From an uncultured bacterium (GTDB taxonomy: Bacteria; Verrucomicrobiota; Verrucomicrobiia; Limisphaerales; UBA8199): a stretch of DNA of 64,000 bases. The stretch is taken from the NCBI GenBank assembly GCA_963749495.1, contig CAVVMW010000021.1, positions 576,001-640,000 on the forward strand, read 5' to 3'. Shown one piece after another: positions 50,801 through 59,500 of this stretch (within the stretch, counting starts at the first letter, position 1; each line of letters starts with the position of its first letter). The notes under the pieces were generated by a model. It searched no databases. It was given only the letters and a program-made list of their open reading frames with translations, and was not told the DNA's origin. The translations under genes and the position numbers were made by a program.

Positions 50801-51971
50801 CGGTCAGAGTGAAGATGCTGCTCGGGGGCTGTAAGCTGGTGGTCAGGGCGACGACATTGTCGCCTGGGGTTCCGGGCGCCGCCCCCAATGCCGCTGCCGT
50901 GACCGTCACTCCATTACTGATCGAGTAATTCGCCGTGTTTGTCGCGCTCGCCGGGTCGAGCGGTTCGGAGAACGTGACCACGACGCCATTGAACGAACTG
51001 GAGGAGGAGGCGCTCACCACGGCAGGCGGGGTGGTGTCGTTGGTCACGGTTAATGTGGCCGGGCTGCTGGTCAGGGTCCCTGTGGCGCCGGTGACGACCA
51101 CGTCGAACTTGGCCCCGTTGTCAGCGCGATAAACACGCGAGATGGTGTAAGCGGTGTTGGTCGCATTGGCCAGGGCCGTGCCGTTCATCTCCCACTGGTA
51201 GGTGTAGGGCGGCGTGCCGTCCGGCACGACGGTGAAGGTGGCCGGTTGCCCTTCGATGACGCCCACGCTTTGAGGCTGGGTCGTGATGCTCAGCGGCCCA
51301 AGGGTCTTGTTAATGGTGGACAAATAGCTTCCTGCGATGGGCGCGATTTCATCGATCGAGACCGAGAGGTTGTCGCTACCGCCGCCCTGTTTCATCACAG
51401 CTTCGATGTAGTAGGCCTTGCCCTTGGTCAGGTTAATGATGGCACCGCCGTTAATGGTGTCTTTGGTCGGCCACGTCGTGTTAGTGAAAGTCGAGGAGCA
51501 CTTGGCCGTAACGTCTCCGCCGTTGTCACCGGTGTAGGTGCGCACAGTGGCCCAGCCCTGCTCCTGGGCGATGAGCTTCTTGTTCGCCGCGGTGTCATCG
51601 GTGCTCAGGTAGAGGTCCGAGTTATCGTCCGAGCAGATGTAGAAGACAAAGGGCCCCGTGACATCCGGGTAAAAATAGCCCAGCATCTGGGAGCCGTAAT
51701 CAATATAGCCGCTCGTGTCCGGCGGGGGAGTGCCGGGATCACCGGTCGCCCACAGTTCGAAGTACGTCGGGTAGGCGATGAAATCGGGGTTGTTGGGGAA
51801 GTTGGGGCTCGACGTGAGGGAGGCGACCGTGGCGGCTGGCCCTGTGTTGAAGAAGACCTTCTCTGTGATCATCCCTTGAGGGGTTGGGGGTGCCGCCGCC
51901 TGGGCCAGGCTGACGCCCAGCCCAAGGGCTAACGCCCCGGATGCTATGGTTGTTATGAATTTATTGCTCAT
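47863..51971 (-). CDS. large secreted PA14-like/Ig-like/ConA-like multidomain protein with C-terminal FYR domain (apparent -1 frameshift at ~49250)
   Basis: Signal peptide; two PA14-like units (FYICSDDNSDLYLSTDD; FYSCGDDEWYMYLSTDD); ITTQPQS/ITNQPAD Ig domains. Adding one G restores WARAGLIMRE. Tail ITFTGNLYSAPSLKGPWTVVTGATSPYTV...AFYRAGP. Confidence 0.85.
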
Positions 51972-52239
51972 TGGGTTTGTGGTTTAGTAGGTATAGTTGT
52001 TCTCGTTCGTTCACCGCGCCATTCAGCGCGGCCTCGAAACCGGACTGACATCGCCCTCTCCCTCGCCGGAGCAGAGCGATCGACACGCTATGCTCAGCCC
52101 GCAACCCAGCCCCTGTTTTGCGGCTTCAACAGAAAGTCAACCAAAAACAAGCGAAGGTGGCAAGAACAATTTCGCAAGGGTGCATTTGAGGCTCGACACC
52201 CGGCGCATAATGCGTTTGAATGATCGGACTTAGCTCCAC

Positions 52240-54498
52240 ATGTGGAATAAAGGCAAACTGCCTCTCTGGGCCGGCGTCGCGTTTCTGGCGGCGAGCGGCG
52301 CGGCGGCACTTTGGCTCTGGCGGCCCCATCCGGACTACTGGCTGGGCTTGGAACGCGCGGGCACTTATGCGGCGGTGGAGATTCAGCACCCGATTGAAGG
52401 GGCGGTCCTGCCCCTCAATATGCCGGCCCCGGTCCTGCTCTGGAGGACGAATCCTCCCGGCGCGGATCACTGGGTCGCGGCGTTCAAGGCGGGTGGTCAG
52501 AAATGGTTGTTCGATGACATCCAGCCGATGTGGCGTCCGCCAGAAGCGCGGTGGCGCGCCATCAAGCAAGCCGCGAAAGCCCAGCCGATCGAACTGCTGT
52601 TGGGCGGGCGCCGGCGAGACCAACCCGGCCAAATCGTGGCGCGGGGTTCTGTCCGCTTCGCCTTGGCCCGGCAGGCGGTGCAATACCCCTTATTCTACCG
52701 TGAGGTGAATCTGCCGTTCATCGATGCCGTCAAGGACCCTTCAAACATCCGCTGGCGGTTCGGCGGTTTGGACAAGGGCACGCTGCCGCCGGTGGTGCTG
52801 GAGAAACTCCCGGTGTGCGGCAATTGCCATTCGTTCAGCCGGACGGGCGAGTATTTGGCGATGGACGTCGATTACGCCAACAACAAGGCCTCATATATCA
52901 TCACGCGCACGGCGCCGCAGATGCGCCTGGCTACGAGCGATATTATCACCTGGGACGATTATCGCCGCGAAGACGGCCAGCAGACCTTCGGTTTGCTGTC
53001 TCAGATCTCCCCCGACGGCCGTTACGTGCTCAGCACCGTCAAGGATCGCTCGGTGTTCATCGCCAGGCCGGATCTGGCGTTTTCACAACTGTTCTTTCCG
53101 CTCCAAGGCATTCTCGCCGTTTATGATCGTGGAACGAAGACATTTTCGTCCCTGCCGGGCGCCGATGATCCGGCTCTTGTGCAGAGCAACCCGACGTGGA
53201 GTCCTGATGGCCAATCAGTGGTCTTTGCCCGCACTCGGGCTGTTCACCTCCAAAAGACGCGCGACACCGCCAGCATCTTGCTCACGACCGAGGAAATCGA
53301 GGAATTCCTCAAACAGGGCAAAGAGTTTCGCTACGATTTGTGCCGCCTGCCGTTCAACGGGGGAAAGGGCGGCCAGGCCGAACCGGTGAAGGGCGCGTCG
53401 GCGAATGGCCGCAGCAATTTTTTCCCCAAGTTCTCTCCGGACGGCCGTTGGATCGTCTTTTGCCAGGCCTCCAATTACATGTTGCTGCAGCCGGACAGCC
53501 AATTGTTCATCATCCCCGCGGCGGGGGGCGAAGCCAGGCGGTTGGGCTGCAACCTGGGCCGGATGAACTCGTGGCACACGTGGTCGCCCGACGGGCATTG
53601 GCTGGTTTTTTCCTCGAAAGCGCATTCCGATTATACCCAGCTCTACCTGACGTCTATCACGGAGCAGGGGGAGGCCAGCCCCCCGGTCTGGCTGGCCCAT
53701 ATGGTCGCGCCGGGACGGGCCGCCAACATCCCTGAGTTCGTGGCGCTGGGGCCCGAGGCCATCGTCAAGATCCGCGAGCAATTCCTGGACGATTATTCGT
53801 TCACCCGGGCGGGAAACCAGTTGATGCGAGCCGGCGATGCCGATCCGGCGATCGAAAAATTCAAAATGGCGCTTTCTCTCAACGCGAACAATGCCATGGC
53901 TCACCAACGACTCGGTTTCCTGCTTTTTCATGCCAGGAACCAAACCCGCGCAGCGCTCGAACACAGTCAAGCCGCCGTGCGTCTGGAGCCGCACAACGGC
54001 TTCGCGCAGCACGATCTGGGCCTGGAACTGGCGGCGAGCGGAGACCTCTCGAATGCCGTCCCACACCTGGCTGAGGCCGTCCGCCTGCTGCCTAACGGCT
54101 TTGATCGCCAGTACAGTGCCGTCAACCTGAACTACGCCCTGGCTGAGGCCTATTACCGGCTTGAGCTCTACGCCCAAACCATCCCTGTCCTTGAAACGGT
54201 GCTGCGCCACAACGCAGGGCACCCCCAGGCTAATTACCTCATGGCCATGGCCAGAGCCTGGCTCGGCGAAACCGACGCCACTTCACCCTACTTCGACGCA
54301 GCGGTGCGGTCCCAACCGCATCTGGGGCAACTGCCCGACTATTACGACCTGCTCAGCCGCAATTACGCCGACGTGGGGCGTTTCGCCGAGGGCCTCAAAC
54401 TGTCCCAAAAGGCCTATCAATTGGCCGTGGCGGCGGGACGAAGCGCCCAGGCCGCCGCGCTCCAGAAGCGAGCCGAGTATTGCCGCAGGCGACAATAA
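52240..54498 (+). CDS. membrane-anchored PD40/TolB-like propeller + TPR protein with CxxCH motif (paralogue of 14872..17268)
   Basis: LPVCGNCHSF, SPDG repeats, TPR tail. Confidence 0.85.
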   Translation: MWNKGKLPLWAGVAFLAASGAAALWLWRPHPDYWLGLERAGTYAAVEIQHPIEGAVLPLNMPAPVLLWRTNPPGADHWVAAFKAGGQKWLFDDIQPMWRPPEARWRAIKQAAKAQPIELLLGGRRRDQPGQIVARGSVRFALARQAVQYPLFYREVNLPFIDAVKDPSNIRWRFGGLDKGTLPPVVLEKLPVCGNCHSFSRTGEYLAMDVDYANNKASYIITRTAPQMRLATSDIITWDDYRREDGQQTFGLLSQISPDGRYVLSTVKDRSVFIARPDLAFSQLFFPLQGILAVYDRGTKTFSSLPGADDPALVQSNPTWSPDGQSVVFARTRAVHLQKTRDTASILLTTEEIEEFLKQGKEFRYDLCRLPFNGGKGGQAEPVKGASANGRSNFFPKFSPDGRWIVFCQASNYMLLQPDSQLFIIPAAGGEARRLGCNLGRMNSWHTWSPDGHWLVFSSKAHSDYTQLYLTSITEQGEASPPVWLAHMVAPGRAANIPEFVALGPEAIVKIREQFLDDYSFTRAGNQLMRAGDADPAIEKFKMALSLNANNAMAHQRLGFLLFHARNQTRAALEHSQAAVRLEPHNGFAQHDLGLELAASGDLSNAVPHLAEAVRLLPNGFDRQYSAVNLNYALAEAYYRLELYAQTIPVLETVLRHNAGHPQANYLMAMARAWLGETDATSPYFDAAVRSQPHLGQLPDYYDLLSRNYADVGRFAEGLKLSQKAYQLAVAAGRSAQAAALQKRAEYCRRRQ

Positions 54499-54552
54499 AC
54501 GCCGAGCGCCGTAAGGCCCCAGTGGAGGCGGGAACGTCACTGCCCCCCGGCT

Positions 54553-54749
54553 CACCGCGTAGCGGTGCCCGATGGTAGCCGTGGACTTCCAGTCCACGGT
54601 CCCATGGCCCAAGCTCAACCGCGTCGCGTCGCGACGCCTGAAATCCGCGACGCTGTCAGGCGTCGCTACGCGAACGCGTGACCATTCCCACGCGTTGAAC
54701 CGTGGACCGAGGTCCACGGCTACCTTCACTGCGTCGCTCCGCGACGCAC
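54553..54749. repeat. complete REPIN-like element of the 515..1038 family
   Basis: Same GTAG-CCGTGGAC..GTCCACGG arms and internal GCGTCGC hairpins. Confidence 0.8.
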
Positions 54750-54903
54750 GATGATTCCCACGCCCCGAACCGTGGACCGAGAGGGCTGGGGCGAGGGGCC
54801 TGCCCGACACTCCCTCTCCGCCTTCACTGACCGATCGGGCGCCCCACAATTTCCTTCCTTTCACCCTGCCTTTGGGTCAACTTTTGGCGCAGCGAAGCCA
54901 GAC

Positions 54904-57900
54904 ATGATTACACACCGGCGCTGCCTTTGTCGCCCTCCCGCTAAGCGGGATCGAAAACCGGCCCAATTCGACAAAGGTTGCGACACCAGAAGCGCTCCCG
55001 CGCTGGCTTCCCGCCCCTTTGCCCGTTGCGCGCGTTTAGTTGTGCGCCTGCTCTGGCTCTCCTGCGGGCTCATTTTCTTGGAAACCTGCCCCGCCGGCGC
55101 CGCCCTCGGTCCGATTTGGCAGAGCGGTCCGGGCTTCCGTTTCGTCCCGCTCGAGGTCCCGGCCGAAGGGCAGCCCGGCTTTAGCCTGCTCTTGCCCGCA
55201 CAGACCGGGATTGTCTTCACCAACGCCCTGGCCGTCCCGAAGATGATGGAAAACCACAACCTGATGAACGGCTCCGGGGTAGCGGCGGGGGACTTCGACG
55301 GCGACGGTTGGTGCGGCCTTTATTTTTGCGCCATCAACGGCACCAACGCGTTGTACCGGAACCTGGGCGGCTGGCGGTTCGAAGACGTGACGGCAGCGGC
55401 GGGTGTGGGCCTGCCCGGACTTCACTCGACGGGCGCGGTCTTTGCCGACGTCAATGGCGACGGCCGCCTGGATCTGTTGGTGGCGACGCTGGGCAGCGGC
55501 GTGCATTGCTTCCTCAACCAAGGTGGCGGGCGCTTCCGGGAGAGCACCGCCGAAGCAGGGCTGGCCTCGGAGACGGGGAGCACCAGCCTGGCCCTGGCCG
55601 ATGTCAACGGGGATGGCAGTCTGGATCTCTACGTGGCCAATTACGGCGCCAAGTCGCTGTTCCGCTCCGGCGGGAGCATGCAAGTGAGGCTCGAAAAGGG
55701 CAAATGGGTGGTGCTCGGTCCGAACGCCAACCGGCTGCGCTACGTCAATGGCCAAGTCGAGGAATTGGGAGAGGCGGGGGTATTGTATTTGAATGATGGG
55801 CACGGCCACTTCCGCCCGGTGCCGTGGGACTCGGATTACTTTCTGGACGAGGATGGCAAACCGGTGCCCGCGCCGCTGGATTTCGCCCTCACCGTTGTGA
55901 TGCGCGATATCAGCGCCCATGGCTGGCCGGATATCTACATCTGCAACGATTTTGCCATGCCGGATCACCTCTGGCTCAACGACGGGACCGGCCATTTCCG
56001 GGCTTTGCCGCGGTTGGCGATGCGCAAGCAGAGTTTCTCTTCGATGGGGGTGGACTTCGCCGATATCGGCCGGGCCGGGTCTCTGGATTTCATGACGACC
56101 GAGATGACGGCGCGCCAGCACGGGCGCCGGATGCGGGAGATGGTCACCTTGAAACCCCAGGTCCCTGTGCCCGGCCGCATCGAGGACCGCCCGCAAGTCC
56201 CTCGCAATGCCCTCTTCCACAACCGCGGCGACGGCACTTACGTTGAAATGGCCTACGCCAGCGGGGTGGCGGCCAGCGATTGGTCCTGGCAGCCGGTGTT
56301 CCTGGACGTCGACCTGGACGGTTACGAAGACCTGCTGATTGGCAACGGCATGTGGTTCGATGTCCAGGACCGCGACAGCCTGAGTCGCGTTCGCGCCCTG
56401 GGCAGGCAAACCGTCGAACAATCGCGCACGAACCTGGCCTTCTATCCGTCCTTCGTGACCTCCACTGTGGCCTATCGCAATCGACACGACCTCACCTTCG
56501 AGGACATGAGCCGGGCCTGGGGTTTCGATGCCAGCCGCGTTGCGCAAGGCATCGCCCTGGCCGATCTGGACCACGACGGCGGGCTGGATGTGGTCATCAA
56601 CTGCCTGAACTCCGGGCCGCTGGTCTATCGGAACCGGGCCGGCGCGCCCCGTGTGGCCGTGCGGTTGCGCGGCAAAAGCCCAAATGTTCAAGGCATCGGG
56701 GCCAAGATCCGCGTTCTGGGCGGGCCGGTGCCGGTGCAGATGCAAGAGATTCTGTGCGGCGGGCGTTATCTTTCGGGCGATGACCCCATGCGCGTCTTTG
56801 CCGCCGGCACTCTCACCAATCGTCTCACCATCGAGGTGCTTTGGCGCAGCGGGCGCAAGAGCACCATCGCCGACGCCCGGGCCAACCGTTTGTACGAGGT
56901 TGACGAGGCGGGCGCAGAAGCCGCCACGCCCGCCGCCCCGGTCACGCCCAAACCCCAACCGCTGTTCCGGGACGTGAGCCAACTCCTGGCCCACACGCAC
57001 CATGAAGAACTTTTCGCGGACTATCTCCGGCAACCCCTGTTGATGAAGCAGTTCAGCCAACTGGGGCCCGGGGCGGCCTGGCTGGACCTGGACCAGGACG
57101 GACACGATGAACTGGTGTTGGGCTCGGGAAAGGGCGGAGCGTTGATGGCTTACCACAGGGATGCATCGGGCCGGTTCACGCCGATGCCCTTTACCCGCCC
57201 CCTCGCGCTGCTCGATGACCTCTGCGGGCTGGCCGCCTGGGTCACCGCCGATGGACGCCCCGCAATCCTCGCCGCCCAGGCCAATTATGAATCCGAGCCA
57301 CCTGACTCGAACGCGGTCCTGTTCTGCTCGATGGCCGGCGCCTCCGCTCAACTGGAGGCGGCCCCGCTCGAGGGCCTCGCCGCCTGGGCAGACAGTCCGG
57401 GCCCAATCGCCGTGGCCGACATGGACGGGGACGGCAACCTGGAGTTGTTTGTGGGGGGGCGTTTGCGCCGCAGCGCTTATCCGGAGGCGGCCTCGTCCCG
57501 GATCTTCCGGCACGAGGGCGGCCGTCTGGTGCCCGACTCCGCCAATAACAAGGTGTTGGAGCACGTTGGCCTGGTCAGTGGCGCCGTCTGGAGCGACCTC
57601 GACGGAGACGGTTTCCCCGAACTCATTCTGGCCTGCGAATGGGGGCCGGTGCGGGTTTTCAAGAACGAGCGCGGCCATTTGCGGGAGGCGACCGCGGAGA
57701 TGGGACTGGCCGGGCTGACCGGCTGGTGGAGCGGGGTGACCACGGGCGACCTGGATGAAGACGGGCGGTTGGACATCATCGCGGCCAACTGGGGACTCAA
57801 CGATCTTTACCAGGCCACGCCGGAGCACCCGCTCCGGCTCTACTATGGCGACCTCACCGGCTCGGGCACTACGGACCTCATCGAGACCTATTTTGCCCCC

Positions 57901-58743
57901 GAACTCAACGCCGACGTGCCGCGCCGGACGCTCAGCGCGCTAAGCCAGGCCTTCCCTGAGCTGATGGCTCATTTCCCCACGCACCTGGCGTTCAGCGCCG
58001 CCACCGTGGGCCAGATCCTGGACATCCTGCCGCGCAAACCCCAGGTGGCCAGTGTCTGCACGCTCAAGACCACCCTCTTCCTGAATCGCGGCAACCACTT
58101 CGCCGCCGTCCCCCTGCCCGCCGAGGCCCAGTGGGCGCCCGCCTTCGCCGTCAACGTGGCCGACGCCGATGGCGACGGTCACGAGGACGTTTTCCTGAGC
58201 CAGAATTTCTTCAACGTGCGCCCTGAGTTGGGGCGCTTGGATGGCGGGCGGGGCCTTTGGCTGCGCGGGGATGGCAAGGGCGGGTTGGTTCCGATTCCCG
58301 GCCAGGAATCCGGGGTCGAGGTCTATGGCGAGCAGCGCGGGGCCGCGCTGGGCGACTTTGATGAAGACGGGCGGGTCAATTTGCTGGTGACCCAGAACGG
58401 CGCCGCCACCCGGCTGTTCCAAAACGTTGGCGCGCGCCCAGGGTTGCGGGTTCGTCTCAAGGGGCCTCCGGGCAACCCCTTCGGCATCGGCGGGATCATC
58501 CGGCTGCAATTCGGGACCCGCCTCGGGCCGGCGCGAGAGGTCCACGCCGGCTCGGGCTATTGGTCCCAGGATAGCCCCGTGCAGGTGCTGGGTTGTCCCG
58601 AACCGCCCGACAAAATCCAGGTGCTCTGGCCCGGAGGCAGCCTCACCCGCAACGATGTGCCCCCGGGCAGCCTCGAGATCACCATAGATACCCGGGGTAA
58701 TCTCACGGTGTCACGGCGCGCGGAGCAAGAGCTCAAACGCTGA
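54904..58743 (+). CDS. CRTAC1-like FG-GAP/VCBS + ASPIC/UnbV protein (start uncertain)
   Basis: GIVFTNAL, MNGSGVAAGDFDGDG, LCGGRYLSGDD, REVHAGSGYWSQD; intact ORF. Confidence 0.9.
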   Translation: MITHRRCLCRPPAKRDRKPAQFDKGCDTRSAPALASRPFARCARLVVRLLWLSCGLIFLETCPAGAALGPIWQSGPGFRFVPLEVPAEGQPGFSLLLPAQTGIVFTNALAVPKMMENHNLMNGSGVAAGDFDGDGWCGLYFCAINGTNALYRNLGGWRFEDVTAAAGVGLPGLHSTGAVFADVNGDGRLDLLVATLGSGVHCFLNQGGGRFRESTAEAGLASETGSTSLALADVNGDGSLDLYVANYGAKSLFRSGGSMQVRLEKGKWVVLGPNANRLRYVNGQVEELGEAGVLYLNDGHGHFRPVPWDSDYFLDEDGKPVPAPLDFALTVVMRDISAHGWPDIYICNDFAMPDHLWLNDGTGHFRALPRLAMRKQSFSSMGVDFADIGRAGSLDFMTTEMTARQHGRRMREMVTLKPQVPVPGRIEDRPQVPRNALFHNRGDGTYVEMAYASGVAASDWSWQPVFLDVDLDGYEDLLIGNGMWFDVQDRDSLSRVRALGRQTVEQSRTNLAFYPSFVTSTVAYRNRHDLTFEDMSRAWGFDASRVAQGIALADLDHDGGLDVVINCLNSGPLVYRNRAGAPRVAVRLRGKSPNVQGIGAKIRVLGGPVPVQMQEILCGGRYLSGDDPMRVFAAGTLTNRLTIEVLWRSGRKSTIADARANRLYEVDEAGAEAATPAAPVTPKPQPLFRDVSQLLAHTHHEELFADYLRQPLLMKQFSQLGPGAAWLDLDQDGHDELVLGSGKGGALMAYHRDASGRFTPMPFTRPLALLDDLCGLAAWVTADGRPAILAAQANYESEPPDSNAVLFCSMAGASAQLEAAPLEGLAAWADSPGPIAVADMDGDGNLELFVGGRLRRSAYPEAASSRIFRHEGGRLVPDSANNKVLEHVGLVSGAVWSDLDGDGFPELILACEWGPVRVFKNERGHLREATAEMGLAGLTGWWSGVTTGDLDEDGRLDIIAANWGLNDLYQATPEHPLRLYYGDLTGSGTTDLIETYFAPELNADVPRRTLSALSQAFPELMAHFPTHLAFSAATVGQILDILPRKPQVASVCTLKTTLFLNRGNHFAAVPLPAEAQWAPAFAVNVADADGDGHEDVFLSQNFFNVRPELGRLDGGRGLWLRGDGKGGLVPIPGQESGVEVYGEQRGAALGDFDEDGRVNLLVTQNGAATRLFQNVGARPGLRVRLKGPPGNPFGIGGIIRLQFGTRLGPAREVHAGSGYWSQDSPVQVLGCPEPPDKIQVLWPGGSLTRNDVPPGSLEITIDTRGNLTVSRRAEQELKR

Positions 58744-58885
58744 AACGCCGCGGGAAGCCCGCAGTGCCGCTCCCGCCTCCACCGAGGCCTTACACAAAAA
58801 GGGCCGGGCTTTCGCCCGGCCTTTGGTTGAAAGGAGAGTCAAGCCGGGCTTTCGCCCGGCTCGATTCGTGTCGCGCCCCTGGGCC

Positions 58886-59445
58886 TTATGGGCCGGCGCG
58901 GTAGAACGCCGTTGGCGCACCCGCCGGGACGGTGTGCGGGCTGGTCGCGCCGGCGACAACTGTCCACGGGCCTTTAAGAGACGGGGCCGAGTAGAGGTTG
59001 CCCGTGAAGGTGATGCTGGCGGTCGCACCGGCCCGTGCAATGCCCAGGGCCGGATGACTGGATGGAGGCGCGAGGGTGGGGCTCACCAGTTGGACGGCAT
59101 TAATCGGGGCGCGAGGGTTGCTTATGCCGCGGGCCAAGGTGCCCAAGCCGTTGGCAGTCGAGGCCTGGATCGTGATGTTGGCGGAGGTGAGTCCTTTGAA
59201 GAGGATGTAGTTCCCGGAACCGTAGGGGGTCGAGCTCGTGTTGTCCGGCACGGGGGCATAACGGGGAGCAAACCATGCCGTGGCGGCGTACACCCAGTCC
59301 CTGAGCACGCTGCCGGTAACGGCATCCACAATGCGGTAGCCGCCGCCGCGCCCGCCAACGGCGCCGCAGGCATAGATATAAACAACATTGTCGCCTGGGC
59401 TCCCCGGCGCCGCCCCCAACGCTGCCGTTAGGACCGTCACTCCAA
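58886..59445 (-). pseudogene. internally deleted relic paralogue of the 47863..51971 gene
   Basis: GVTVLTAALGAAPGSPGDNVV (cf. ~50855..50912) is fused directly to YIYACG...AFYRAGP (cf. 47863..48365). The downstream terminator region is duplicated too. Confidence 0.85.
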
Positions 59446-59500
59446 ACTCCATCTTGCGAGCCAACTCTTGGCGCGGCGTAGCCACAACCGAAGGCAAGAG

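Noticed and set aside
55036..57828. 930-aa antisense ORF and similar long shadow ORFs (e.g. 19282..20973, 30201..31757, 44536..46200)
   Set aside because: They lie opposite well-supported genes, are typical stop-poor shadows of high-GC codon usage, and show no motifs.
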